Assembly: GCA_051362555.1 (NCBI GenBank)
Contig: CM120645.1
Location: 7,874,001 to 7,938,000, forward strand
Direction: 5' to 3'
Length of the DNA: 64,000 bases
Source of the DNA: Lingula anatina
Lineage: Eukaryota > Animalia > Brachiopoda
This document shows, one piece after another, positions 1 through 12,581 of the stretch (the first letter of the stretch is position 1; each line of letters begins with the position of its first letter). Made by a program: the position numbers and the translations under genes. The notes under the pieces were generated by a model. It was given only the letters and a program-made list of their open reading frames with translations. It searched no databases and had not been told where the DNA came from.

Positions 1-357
1 ATATAGAGAAAGACGCCCAAACAACGCTCATCGGTCAAGCAGGATGCAGAATGATCGTAGAATAGACGCCACTGATCGCCGATGAAGGTACAGAGAACGC
101 AGCAAGAATGCTCAATGGTCGCTCAAACATCGCAATGGATGCCTTTGGTTGCACAGGGGACGTACAGTGGAGGCAGGCAGGTTGCTCGCAGTTTTACAGG
201 TAAAATCAAGATTCGGTCGTTCAAAGGACGCACAGGGGACGCAGACGCCTTTACACTGAGACACGATTTAATTGCTTTGGCGACCGTTGAGCGTCCTGAC
301 CACATTTTTGAACGCAGAAGGGACGCAGAAAGGACGCCGTCCAGTGTAAAGGGGCCC
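1..357. mobile_element. Right end of a probable PIF/Harbinger-type non-autonomous DNA element (truncated by window edge)
   Basis: Ends in ...CCAGTGTAAAGGGGCCC followed by TTA (Harbinger-like terminus and TWA target); GC-richer than flank with repeated GACGCAGA/GACGCC submotifs. Left end not visible. Confidence 0.4.
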
Positions 358-1769
358 TTAGCTGGGACACTGAATGTATCTGATCTACTATTATGTAATC
401 CACCCACAACCACTAATGACGTAATTCAAGGTGTGAGTAGTAGTAACTGTTACAAAAATGTTTGATTCACTAACATTTCTAATTATTTTGCCATAGTTCA
501 ACTTTTTAGCATGCCATTTCCATCGTCATTCGGATCTCGGAAAGTTCACATTTCTTCTGATACCACTTTTGTCCACTTTTAGTTACATCTCATGCTGTAA
601 ATTTACAATATAACGCAGCACCTGATGTTCATGTCTACTCAACTCTGCTCAACTCAGTAGTTCCATAGGAAATAGGAAAATAAGCTTATGAAAGTAGTAC
701 GTATATAATAATGAAAATTACACGAAGAACATAGGATTGTGTGCGTTAGAAAAATGATATTAGGCAGACAAGTTTGAAAGAACTAAAGTCTGAGAAGTTT
801 ACATTTATTATCACTGAAAATAAAAATATTTATATTTAATCAAAGACAAAAAAAATTACACAGTTTTAGAAAGTGATGTTTAATTATGCATAAAATTTTG
901 AAAAATAAAGATTTCATATATTAATTGGTATTTTCTGATGGATATTCATCATAAGTTTAAACGTTTCATTTTCTGTACACAATAAAGCAAATCCAATGTT
1001 AAAGCATTAGGTCACACTGTTACCTTCTTCAGTACGTGTGTGATATAATATAACGAGACTGCATGAGCACTACTCATCCTTGCATCAGTAGCTTCGCATT
1101 TTGATAGTGGGATAGTTGCAATGTTAAAATATCTAACAACTTACACAAATTACAAATAATACTGTGAGGACATTGTATTGGTGCCAAACACTTCAAAAGT
1201 CTTCAAATGGTCCACGGGGTAAATATACACATTCTTAATACTAGTACGGTAGTATTTGTAATTGCGATATGTAGTTCGAGGCTATAATTGGACTTCCGTC
1301 TACGCAAATATTGCGTTGCGATTGTAGGGTAAATGCTTCGAGTTAGCAGGGGGGTGCAATCGTCAGTGCATATAGCGATCGATTGCAATGATTGCGTGCG
1401 TTTGCAATTTGCGATGATTTCAAGCTAACGTTCCCTGCTCCTCTGTCTATGCAGCCCTTTAATATGGTACCAGTTAAGCAAATAAGTCAAGTCCAATAAA
1501 TACGATTGCCTTGTCTTCCACTGCCTACCCACTGCAGAGCAACACTTTACCGTAATTGTTTGAAATGTTATCCCATAATCATTATGTTAGGTCAACCAGC
1601 CTCTACAACATGTTGTATGTTCTAGTGAATAATTAGGTCTAAGCATATCTATAAATCATATACATGTCATCAGGGCCCCATAACTCGAAAGCATCGCATC
1701 GCGACCGAGCTCAAGCAGTGCGATTCGTCGCTATTTGGGAGGGCGATTGCACCCACCTGTAAACTCCAA

Positions 1770-1993
1770 GGCTTCGTTCACATGAAAAATCTATTTTCTA
1801 AAAATCTATTTTCTATTCGCGGTATCTTGTGATCACGGTCTGTGCCCTGAATACCCCGCGGCGTAATTACTGGCAGCGCGAGCCAGTTACTTCCAAAGCT
1901 GTTATTAATTCTCGGCTGCGCTCGGAGTGATCACAAGATACCGCGAATAGAAAATAGAATTTTAGAAAATAGATTTTTCGTGTGAACGGAGTC
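1770..1993. mobile_element. Harbinger-like foldback MITE
   Basis: Long inverted arms (GGCTTCGTTCACATGAAAAATCTATTTTCTAAAA...CGCGGTATCTTGTGATCAC and reverse complement), flanked by 3-bp direct repeat CAA (1767-1769, 1994-1996). Confidence 0.75.
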
Positions 1994-2759
1994 CAAGCCT
2001 TAGCAATTATAGCCTCGCACGCTATAAAATTTGATTGCCGCTTAAAGTGAAGAAGTCAAAACACAATTACGCATAATTTTATTTCAGTATGATGCTAATC
2101 AAGAGATTGTTTTAAATAATAGGAATGTCACAATTACAAATACTGATATAAGAAGTGTTTGTCAACGATATAATGTCAAAAACAATTCGATAAGCGTAGC
2201 GCACGTGTTTGGACTGATACAATTACTTATTAATTGGTGAGTAGGTTCAGTATCACAATACATACCTAGGGATGTTATATGACCGTGGCGATATGATGAT
2301 CACTGAAGCCTGTCCATTTAGGCAAGCTTCAGTGAAGATCGAGGGCAACCGACATTTCTGCGTAGCGTCTCTCGGAAAACTCGGATTTAACCTCGATGTA
2401 GTCTAGAATTTCACGACTACATCTTGGTTAAATCAGTCGAGCTGAAAGCCAAAGACAGAGTGATCATGTGACCTTCTTGACATCAAGAGAATAGTGACGT
2501 TGCTTGCGTTATATACCTACATGTACCAGTAGACAAATTTAAAATCTCTCACGCTCTTAAAAAATTAGCATAAACTTTTCACGTTTAACAATGATTATTT
2601 ATCATTTTATCACACTAAGTCATATCATATAGGTATGGTTTGAAAACAGGAATTAGTTTACATTTAAGCCACACGTGCATACAAATTATTTGTAAATCTA
2701 TAACTTTTTAACGAGGGTTGTGTTATTTACCTTTTGTTTTTAAGCTGTTCATTCTTCCC

Positions 2760-3180
2760 CTTTATCAGATATATCGGTAAAAATAAAATGTATTCTCCCT
2801 TTGAACTTGTAATTACATGTAGCACATGAATGCTCTGAAAACCAGCACATGTATATTCCGAAACCGCCTCGTAGTAAAAAAGAAATGTCACCAAAACGTC
2901 AAATTATTACCCCTGTGGACTTGAAATAAACATCCGTTTGATTTTGACTATATTCAGTAACCGCCTCGTCGTCAGAAATAACAATAAAAAACTAGAATTA
3001 TTACTCCCGTGAACTTGTAATAAACATCCGTCGATTTTGAATATATTCCGAAACTGCCTCGTTGTCAGAAATATCACCAAAAAGTAAATTCCTTTCTCCT
3101 TTGCACTTGTGAAATATAAGTTTGACTATATTTCGGTCTGACGCTCCTTTTTTATCAGAAATGTCACTAAAAAGTAGAGG
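2760..3180. repeat. Diverged tandem minisatellite, unit ~95 bp, about 4 copies
   Basis: Recurring TATATTCCGAAACCGCCTCGT...CAGAAAT.TCAC.AAAA...GAACTTGTAATAAACATCCG blocks. Confidence 0.65.
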
Positions 3181-3483
3181 TTTTGCCTTGGGACCTTGTT
3201 TCCGTTGCAGTCCCAGCTAGGTGTGGCTCAGCTGAGACGTGCATGGTCAGTGTCGACGGTTGATTAAATACTTCTCAAGACAGTTGAATGTCCACGACAA
3301 GTATTTAGCAAAAATTGACCAAATTGGTCAGACATTACGTAAGAATTTGGAGGGAGGTGACCAGCGCACGTGGACGAGTTTATTCCGTATAACATCTCTA
3401 GAGCGTGATATAGGGTCACTTTATTCGGTTTTAGGGGTGTTTTAGGATGAAATGACTGTATTTTTTCTCAGTATGTATGTCAA

Positions 3484-3580
3484 ATAATACACTGTCACCC
3501 TCTCGCGATATATGCCATGAACACCTCTCGCTGACGCTCGAGGTGTTATGGCATATATCGCTCGGGTGACAGTGTATTAT
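3484..3580. repeat. Palindromic hairpin repeat (MITE-like)
   Basis: ATAATACACTGTCACCC..GCGATATATGCCAT.AACACCTC / GAGGTGTT.ATGGCATATATCGC..GGGTGACAGTGTATTAT arms around a short loop. Confidence 0.7.
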
Positions 3581-4157
3581 CTCACACATAACAGACACTG
3601 AGGAAGGTCACGGTGTGACCAGATACTTTGGTTCTGCTTTTTCATTTTATGTACAAAATGAAACTTTTAAACTTATGATTATTATCAATAGCTACTTCGA
3701 TGAATATTTATCAAAAAATATAAAATGATATATGAAATGTTTAATTTTGAAATTTTTTATGCATAATAAAACTTAACTTTAGCAATCTTCGCGTGAAAAT
3801 TTACCGCAAGTTTTTCTATCAGAGGTACCTAGTGACTTAATCTTTTATAAGCTTTGATGCTTTGTTATATGTTATAATGAGCAGCAACCCAAACTTGCCG
3901 CCATGTTTAATAACATAAAAGTCACTATAAAATGACGTATTATGCATACGCAAAGGACATTGCCGCGGGATTTACTCGTCGCAAATGATAGCCTCGAAAC
4001 TAAAGGTGATACCGCTATTAGCGCTCGGATAGCGACGCCATGCTTGAGCCCGGGCGCAATTCGCCATGCTTTCGACTTCCGGATCCCAGCTAGAATCATC
4101 AAGGGTTCATCACCTTAGGGAGTTCAACATCAGTATTCTATATTCCTCCAGATCGCG

Positions 4158-4489
4158 ATGTGGATGTATGCAGGATTATTCTTCTTCGTTACTATACTTT
4201 TATTTCTTTTTGCCGCTGCAGCCCTTCTCATGGCAACGCGGAATGGGACGAGTCTGCCCCTAACCAATGGATTGACAATGAGAAGATGGGTTGAGCCTCA
4301 TGGGAAAATAGCTGAAACTATCATAGCAGAAATTCAGGCTATTTCCATGAATTCCGTGGGATCGCTGTTCACTCACACCATGCTTCATGGAGACGTCGAG
4401 GCTTTACGAAGACGAATAATAATGATCATCTATAAACAGGGAAAACCTGTTATGTTTCACGTAAGTCTCTCCCTCTCCCTCTCCCTCCT

Positions 4490-4525
<36 letters not shown>

Positions 4526-5990
4526 CGCGCGCGCGCGCGCGCGCGCGAGCCAGACGTGGATTGGCCTCACTTGTTGCGCCAGAGTCCGTGCGAAAGTAGG
4601 TAGGTAGCAAATAACTACCAGGTGTATGGGAATTCTAACTATCGATGCAGTCGACATTGGGCGAATACAATGCACAATATTCTCACATTATGATATATTA
4701 TTACCTTTGCCAAGGAGGTTATGTTTTCATCCCTGTTTGTCTGTCTGTCTGTTTTGTTTGTCATCAACATTACTCAAAAAGTTATGGACCGATTTTGATG
4801 AAATTTTCAGGGTAGGTGGGAAATGGGTTATCTTAGAAGTGATTAGTTTTTGGTGGTGATCCGGATCAATAATAAATCAATAATAATAAAAAATCGCTGC
4901 CTTGGCGGAGGTCTGGGATCTCGGAGTGCTTTTCTAGTTACATATATAACATTCTGTATACATATACGACTCAGACACATAAAATGATTTGCCAAACTTT
5001 AACATCACTTGGTTGAAAAAAAGTTCCCTGAAATGTAATTTGGCCATGAAATCGCCATTATGATACTTCAGCGCAGATAGACCAGATGAGGCTCAACGTG
5101 TGTGCTACTGTTGTATATGTCTTTATGACCTCATTTAGTCTCATAAAGAATGTACAGTAATTTTAAGACGTTATTCTTGTTGTCATCCATAGTTCACCCA
5201 ATAAGGTCGTACTTTATATATGCCTGCACGCAGGACCCGTTAAACTTGTTTAATATTGAAGTGTTTGTGCACATACGGCAGCGTACTTCCCAATGCACGT
5301 AAAGCGCAAACATTTGCTAACTCTAAAAGCACTTACAGCTAAATCCCTTTCAAAGCTTGCTTAACTGTTTTAATTCTTTAATTATTATTGTCGCCTCTCT
5401 TTAGTCGTTTTATTGTTTTTCAGGCTATACTTAAGGTCAAAAAGCTGTCTGATCACAAGACGCCTATATTCCACGTAGGCTTAGTGATGGTTATAAGCGC
5501 AATGAAGCGGAAAGGACTGCAAAAAATCACAGCACTGAACTTGTGGCTATTATCATTGGATTATTTCACAACCACGTTTATCGCCACCGATGTCGGCGCC
5601 TCCCCGAGTGGTTATCGCTTACTTTGTCATATACTGGAAGATCCGTACCCGGACTACAGAAATCCTGAGGCGCGTCCCAGTGAAGAACACGTGCTCATCG
5701 CCAACCACGTTATTAACTGCCACAAACCAGACATGGGAATGAGCAGCCTGGCAACTTTTAATCAGGACACATTTGTTGTGAAAGATTCGAGCAAGAGGGA
5801 AGGAGGAGGAAGCTACCAGTGCGCGCATACATTGCGTGATGGTGAAAGTAGCAATATTGCCGTGAACGCTTTCTTTATTGAACGGATTGGGGGCAGGCCG
5901 TTTGACGAGGTGTTTTTTGTCGGTCGAGTTCATTTCTTAAGAGTCTTAGTTAAAATGGCGTGTATGCTACTACAGAAAGGTAAACTCTGA
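4158..5990 (+). CDS. Uncharacterised ~289-aa protein with N-terminal hydrophobic anchor and GNAT-like acyltransferase motif; exons 4158-4460, 5424-5990
   Basis: ORFs 4158 and 5388 join in phase 0 through GTAAGT (4461) and TTTTTCAG (5423). N-terminus MWMYAGLFFFVTILLFLFAAAALLM is hydrophobic; IFHVGLVMVISAMKRKGLQ resembles GNAT motif A (beta strand then R-x-x-G-L). Confidence 0.7.
4466..4547. repeat. Compound microsatellite (CT)n-(GT)n-(CG)n
   Basis: Directly visible just after the 4461 splice donor. Confidence 0.9.
4698..4939 (+). mobile_element. Non-autonomous Helentron/HINE (DINE-1-like) element in intron
   Basis: Starts TTATTACCTTTGCCAAGGAGGTTATGTTTTC, internal (GTCT)n-like repeat, subterminal inverted copy CCTTGGCGGAGG, ends GAGTGCTTTTCTAGTT; architecture of widespread animal HINEs. 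Confidence 0.7.
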
Positions 5991-7521
5991 AGTAATGATG
6001 ATGATAGTCATCCCATGATTTATTTTTTGGGCATTGTAATGTGTACTTTACTGTTGGTGAATGTACCACAGGCATTGTGATATTTTATACAATAAGGAAG
6101 GACATTTATGACATTATGTAACAGACAGATATAAGAATATTAGTAACACTACAGGCTATCTACAAACTACATGTATCAGAGCATTATCTGTTATCTCGAG
6201 CAACACATTTGCCTAGACTAAGTATGGTTATTAGGTCACTAGATGTCAATAATTGAGGACACTTTTTCACCATCGGTAGAAGAGATACTTCGCTATGTGG
6301 GCAGATTGCGGTTGTTGAGACGTTATTGCGATTGTTGAGACATCCAGATTCCTGCACTGTTCCCATTGTAGACTTAACTAAAATGTCAACATATAACAGC
6401 CTCATGTACCCAGCAATATATTCATTTAAAGTTTTGTCCGTCGGCCTCAATACTTCCCTCGGTAAGCTAATGAAGGAATGATAAATCTCATATCCGTCTG
6501 AAATATCAAAATGTGGTTACTTAATCCACAAAACAACATTTAGCTGACGGACCCAGTGTTTATCACTGTTATAAATCTATATGCCAACTACTGTATCAAA
6601 TCTATTTTAAGCAGCCATGCAACTGGGTCGGGTGTATCAGTGAAAGCATTTGGATTCAGTCAGATAACAGCAATAAAATATGTCACCACGTCTGTTGTGT
6701 ACATAGAGATAGCGCCATGTTGCTGATAAAGGTGACTTGAACACTGAACGTCTCGCCTGACCAGGTGTACATGTCAAGAGAGACAGCACATCTAAATTGC
6801 GACTTTGGGCAAGTACCTGCCACGAAGAGAAATATAACTGGAGAAAAGAGAGGTAAATCTGATTTCTTTTCAGAAAACATACTGCCTAGGTGATTATTAC
6901 AGTCTGCGTCTGAGTAGGGTGGTAAAAACAACTCGTTGCTACGCAGTTAGAATTTTATTATATTTGTTCTTTGATATTTTCGGTTGGGTTTTTCTTCTTC
7001 GTTCACTGTTTAAAAGATTTTTTATTCCTGCATATTTGATATTCTGAATATCTGTGAAGTATTTGCCCGTCCTTGTACCTTCCCTATAATCTTTCGGTTG
7101 CCTTCCTTTTTTCATCATTTCCATCTGGCATTTATTTCATAATTCACTTGATTGATTTATGTTTTAATTACGCACCTTTATGTATATTTTTACTTTCATT
7201 TCCTCTATTTATTTAAAATCATTTCGCTTTGTGGACGTGCTATATTCTGTGTCATGTTTCCTATTATCGGATGAATTTTATTCACCTCTCTGCCGTGATG
7301 TAAAGTATTGCACATCCACCCCATAAGGATCCTTGCGGGAAGTTTCATAACTTCTCTTGCCTATGTCAGACTTGTCTTATTTCATTTAAACATTAAGTCT
7401 CATACCTTACATTACACTGATTGCATAAAGCTTAATGATATGTGTTAATCTCAATTTCCAAACTTTATCATTAAATCCAGGCTTTCCATTCCTCTATTTT
7501 AAGATATTGATCCCAGGAGCC

Positions 7522-9423
7522 ATGTCTCTGTCCAAAATCCTGACGGAAGATTTCCTAACGTGCAGCATATGTCTCGAAAAGTTCAAAGAACCCAAGGTCC
7601 TCGGCTGTACTCATACGTTTTGCCAGCATTGCCTCCAAGACCATTTGGACAAAAATTTCAAAGGTCAGCCTCGCTTCCCTTGTCCTATCTGCAGACGTCA
7701 GTGTGACCTCCCCAGGGGCGGTGTAAGTTGTTTACAAAAAAACCATCTTCTAGTAAGCATATCATACACACTTGGTCAAGTAGAACAAGCGAAAGATGCC
7801 AAGAAGTGCGAAGTATGTTGTCTGAAAAATGTCTGCAATCCACCAACGGCAACGAAACGTTGTTTGAACTGCGAGGAAAGTATGTGTGGAAAATGCTCTG
7901 AGGACCATGTACTTCATAAGTTAAATCGTGAACACAAATTGTTTCCAGTCGACCAGATTGACAGCGACGAATACGTGGCAGAGCTGCGTGCCCGACAAAA
8001 CGTACTTTGTGACCACAACAACAAGGACCCCGTAGAAATCTTCTGTCCAGTGTGTAAAAAGTACATCTGCGCCACTTGTATGTTTTTAGAACACCAAGGT
8101 CATGATTGCCTTAGGATCGAAACTGCTGCCGACAAACGCAAGAAAGAACTACAGCTCCGCGTGAGACCCATCGAGAAGAAAAGTCGACTCTTTGATCAGT
8201 TCAAAAGTGCTGTTGAATTCCAAAAAGCGTCAGTAAAATATGGAAGTGCGAAAGCAAAGGATGAAGTAAACAAACAGTTGGAGCTTATTATTAAGATGGG
8301 CCGTCAATGTGCCAAGGATCTTTTGGAAGAAATAGATGCCAAGTCGAACGCCAAATTAGACATTTTAAATGGTTTAATCGAAACTGCTGCCGCCAACCAA
8401 AACCAACTGGACAACGTTATAGAGTTCTCTAGAAAGCTTATTAACCATGGGAACGATATGGATGTCTTGCAAATGGCCTCGGCCTGTGAGCAAAGCAGTG
8501 AGAGCGTTCAGACTACTGACATCCCGACCCTACCCGCAGCTATGACCCAGCTACAGCTTATCACCAACAACATGGAGCTGTGCGTTTCCAATATCAACAG
8601 TTGCCTTGGAGACGTGGTTCCCGCTGTGAGTGGAAGACTGGTGGCATCATTCAAAGTAGAACTGAGCCTGTCTCCTGACGAGGCTATCAGTCACGTGACC
8701 ACTGATGCAAATGGTGACATCATTGTTGATATTTGGTGTAATGGTGACAAGTCACGGAATATAATCCACATCTACGATAGTACCTTTATCCTACAGGGCA
8801 AAATTCCAAACCCAAGACTAGGAAAAGTGGATGGATTTGGTGGGATTGCCATTGATCATGACGGTAATATCGTCACTAGATGCCGAGAGTCAAATGAAAT
8901 CATCGTCTTCACCAAGACAGGAGACCAAGTAAGAACATTCCACTGTGAGTTACCAGAAGCAGTGGCGGTCAACAGCAAGGGTCACTATGTAGTAGCCGGT
9001 TGTAATGCTCTGACTGTGCACCACAAAGAAGGCAAGGTCCTGCAGACAATACCAGACCCAAACGGATATTATCACAAATACATCCACTGTGGCGCGAATG
9101 ATGACGTCATCGTCACAGATCAAGAAGATCACACCCGTGTGTACGATTCCACTCTCCAGCTTAAATACAGATACGGTACCCTGGGTGATGAGGAAGGACA
9201 GGTGGACAGTCCATGCGGTATGTGCTGTTTGGATAATGGAGACATCATTCTAGCAGACATGAAAAACCATCGTCTACATTTGGTGTCACCAGATGGTGAA
9301 TTCAAGCAGTTTCTCTTGAACAAAGAAAATGGACTTTGCAAGCCGAAAGATGTTACTATAAATCGTCTCGGACAACTGGTCGTTGTGGAAAGATGGGGCG
9401 ACATTAAATTTTTTGAATTATGA
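7522..9423 (+). CDS. TRIM-NHL E3 ubiquitin ligase (RING, two B-boxes, coiled coil, NHL beta-propeller; TRIM2/3/71-like), single coding exon
   Basis: RING CSIC..CTHTFCQHC..CPIC; B-box1 CEVC..CLNC..CGKC..H; B-box2 CDH..FCPVCKKYICATC..HQGH; coiled coil; NHL repeats (GGIAIDHDGNIV, PCGMCCLDNGDIILADMKNHRL, PKDVTINRLGQLVV). GCCATG at 7522 preferred over the 7435 ORF start. Confidence 0.92.
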   Translation: MSLSKILTEDFLTCSICLEKFKEPKVLGCTHTFCQHCLQDHLDKNFKGQPRFPCPICRRQCDLPRGGVSCLQKNHLLVSISYTLGQVEQAKDAKKCEVCCLKNVCNPPTATKRCLNCEESMCGKCSEDHVLHKLNREHKLFPVDQIDSDEYVAELRARQNVLCDHNNKDPVEIFCPVCKKYICATCMFLEHQGHDCLRIETAADKRKKELQLRVRPIEKKSRLFDQFKSAVEFQKASVKYGSAKAKDEVNKQLELIIKMGRQCAKDLLEEIDAKSNAKLDILNGLIETAAANQNQLDNVIEFSRKLINHGNDMDVLQMASACEQSSESVQTTDIPTLPAAMTQLQLITNNMELCVSNINSCLGDVVPAVSGRLVASFKVELSLSPDEAISHVTTDANGDIIVDIWCNGDKSRNIIHIYDSTFILQGKIPNPRLGKVDGFGGIAIDHDGNIVTRCRESNEIIVFTKTGDQVRTFHCELPEAVAVNSKGHYVVAGCNALTVHHKEGKVLQTIPDPNGYYHKYIHCGANDDVIVTDQEDHTRVYDSTLQLKYRYGTLGDEEGQVDSPCGMCCLDNGDIILADMKNHRLHLVSPDGEFKQFLLNKENGLCKPKDVTINRLGQLVVVERWGDIKFFEL

Positions 9424-10239
9424 GTGATTACTATGCTTACAATTGACTCTAAATCAATATTTTAGATATAGACAATATACGGAATATATAATAAGTTGCT
9501 AGATGACTAGTAACTAACCACTTAATACGCTCTTATGACACTCGGTTAATGAAGGCTTCTTATCAGTGAAGATACCTTGGCAAACAGCTAGCACATAAGG
9601 ACCAAAATTGTCACAAATAAAAAATGCATCGGACATTGGTTTGGAAAGTTAGGAAAACAAATGATCGCAGTGAAACCTGAAAAACAGACAACGCGCGTAG
9701 GACCATTAAGGGTAAAAATTTGAAGCAATATTTTAATTATATTTGTGGCGCAGGGCATTGTTTTTTTATTATTTATACAAATTCCCGTTGAAACATGGCC
9801 ATTGAATTGAAATATTAGGGAAAGGATCGCCATGTATCTGATTTTCACTGGATTTGGTGCTCAATAGAAATACAGGAAATAGGAAGAGAACAGCGAATTC
9901 TCTTACGCTTTCGACTAGACACGAGACTCAAGAGAGAGCAACTTTCGGTCACAGGGTCTCAAATAAATACGCTTTTTATTCTCGACTTAATTTGTTTGCA
10001 CCCATCTGACTTAAACCTCACCACCAGAACGTTCCATAAAAGGTATTTATAAGCGCGTCGCATGGTTGAGTTTTCTTTGCAAACGGCGACGTCATTTCGT
10101 GGAATGAAACTAGGGACCTTGAAACGAGGGGCCTTGAAACTGGCGTTTGAATTATATTCTGCTACTCTTTTCTGGGGACACTGGTTGTCTTTGTACGACC
10201 AGCACAGAGATCCAGTGTTCTTGTTGTGATACGAGGACA

Positions 10240-10500
10240 CAGTGGCGGATTTACAGGGGGGTGAGGGGGTCCTGCTCCCTCCCCCCACCTTCGATTTCTG
10301 GTCCCCTATTGAAATTTTGACTAGCTAAATCATAGTTCTAAACCGTACCAAATGGCACCGTTCTCCCTCTAAAATATCAATTTTTTTCGGGGCCCTTCAG
10401 CGGGCCCGTACCCTCACGCCAAGTGGGGGAGGGGGGAGGGTCGGCTTTGCATCCGCAGATATTGCCGAAAAGACCACCCCTCACATTTCGGACCACACAG
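10240..10500. mobile_element. Partial short interspersed DNA-element relic
   Basis: Begins CAGTGGCGGATTTACAGGGGGGG...CCCCCC, a common animal MITE terminus; no clean matching end. Confidence 0.35.
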
Positions 10501-12581
10501 CATATAACTGCATGCATCCATTGTTTCGAGAGTTGTGTGGTAATTACGTAACTCATCTAGCTACACATGGAGTGACACCTCAGTTTCGGATTTAAAATAG
10601 TTAAAGAGAAAATAAATATTTTATAGAAAATTTGCTAGCCAAAAATAATATTCCATATTAAGTATCAACCCAGTATACCTCTCTTACCAACACGTTTCCT
10701 GCGACTCCTTTTTGGCGCGTTATAGTAACACCCGGGGCTCAGTATTTAATGCATAAGTGACTTGCAAAGAGTTTGTGAGAAATTGCACGTTCTGCAGACA
10801 GTACGCGGAGAGGGAAGCTGACAGTTTTGATCGAGTTGTCCAAAGTTAAAATACAGAACGCACAAAAAAATCGATGATTTTCGATGGATTTTCTCAACGG
10901 TTAGGGTATACATTATCAATTTGAAAAAAAAAATCCAGGAAAATGTTTTTATTTATTTATTAATTTAGTTTACTTTATAAAGGGCTAGCCTGCTTTGTAG
11001 ATTTTCGTATCCATGTCCTTTAATTTAAATTTAAAAAAGAAAACATGGACCGACCCTGTTCAGCTACTATGATGGTTAAACCTAAATCAAAGTGTATTTC
11101 GTCTACTGACCATGTTTACAGACACCCGTCGCTCGAGAAAGAAATTATCTTGGTCTTATCTACATTTCTACTAATGTACCCTCCTAGTGCATTTCACGTT
11201 AAACAATTTAAGTAATGTTTATGTCTTAATTTTCTAATTACACGTAATAATTAAAGAGGAATCAAATAAGTAAAATAATAGGGAGTTATTGTGTGCAAGT
11301 TTAATATTTTTACGAGTCGACAAGTGTAGAAATTATTTTAGTGTTAAGAAAAGATGAAAAAGGCCAAAGTCAAATGTAGTTTTATTTATTTTGTTAATTT
11401 CACAATAGAGTTTTTGTTTTCTGTCACGTGCATAATACATGCTACCTTAGTTAACCTGCATCTCAAGTTTACTTATATCATTTTCCACTGAACACCCACC
11501 AGAAGTAAAAGACTATCGAAAGGTTCGTCGTTACCCTCGCCCTTACAAACGAACTGAATTGGCAAGAGCTGGACTCTTTCCCATTCTTGTCACATGTCAC
11601 GTGACTTAAAAAACGGTAATTCCATGTAAAACAAGCGTATCATATCTGGTCCGGTCTGTTACCATGATCTGGTGCAGCATCAACTGATATCCTTAAAGCG
11701 GGCGAGCTCGTGTCACGATAAACGTGACATCGTTACGCTTACGGCATCATGACGCTACCCGCTTAAGGTAAACCTCGTGCATTTTCTTATGGTGATAATG
11801 CCGGGGCATGGTTTGCTTTAAAAGATAAAGTTCAATGCTTTTGAATATAAAATGAAATAAATTATCTAAAAAATTCATTCATTTATCCATGAAGTAAATA
11901 TACACATATTCTGCAGTTTTGAGTGCTTCTTGTAAGAATTAGCAATTTTTAACCCAATGCACATCGGTATACATTGCAACATTTTTCGGTCTGATGTGGT
12001 CATTTAGGACCCAAATATTTCAAACCATTTAAGGGTCCGTTAGAACGTGAATAAAAAGTGCCTTACACATCTTATATAAGTATAGATAAACAGAATAAAT
12101 ATTGATTAAAATAAATAAAATTTAACCCTAATTCTATTTTTGCGTTAAATATTTCCATCCTTATATATCTAATATGTGAATTTATTTCCTTTAATTTTTT
12201 TTATTTGAAAGAAACGGCCATGGAGTTATGGCAGGTTACAATTTTTAAATGTGTCATTTTATAATGGAATTTCACTATAGAATTTCGCTACGGAAAGTCA
12301 ACGTTTTGCCATACCATCAGTCAAATTATTTTTTATGACCACAAGGAATTTTTCCGCACTGCAATACAAGTACAGCACAGTTTTGTAAACGGGAAATACC
12401 TACTTATGCCAGGTCCTGCGCGAGAGGGTAGGCTTGCGTTAGCATGCAATGGTGTGTGGCAACTCAGGGCTTGTGCGAGAGGGTAGGTTTGTGATTGCAG
12501 GCTTAATTCTGTGGCAACTTACAATCTGTTTGAACGTGAATTTAAAGGCTAACAGTTGACAAAGACCCTCACTCCGGAAAC

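Noticed and set aside
82-465. Overlapping ORFs of 127 and 96 aa
   Set aside because: Lie in a repeat-element end; no recognisable motif or splice context.
2760-3180. Repeat array considered as CRISPR-like
   Set aside because: Whole units are similar with no unique spacers; eukaryotic context, no cas genes.
4404-4675. ORFs with ARARAR/ERERE runs
   Set aside because: Translations of the microsatellite.
7337-7346. NF-kB-like site GGGAAGTTTC upstream of the TRIM
   Set aside because: Imperfect 10-mer expected by chance; transcription start unknown.
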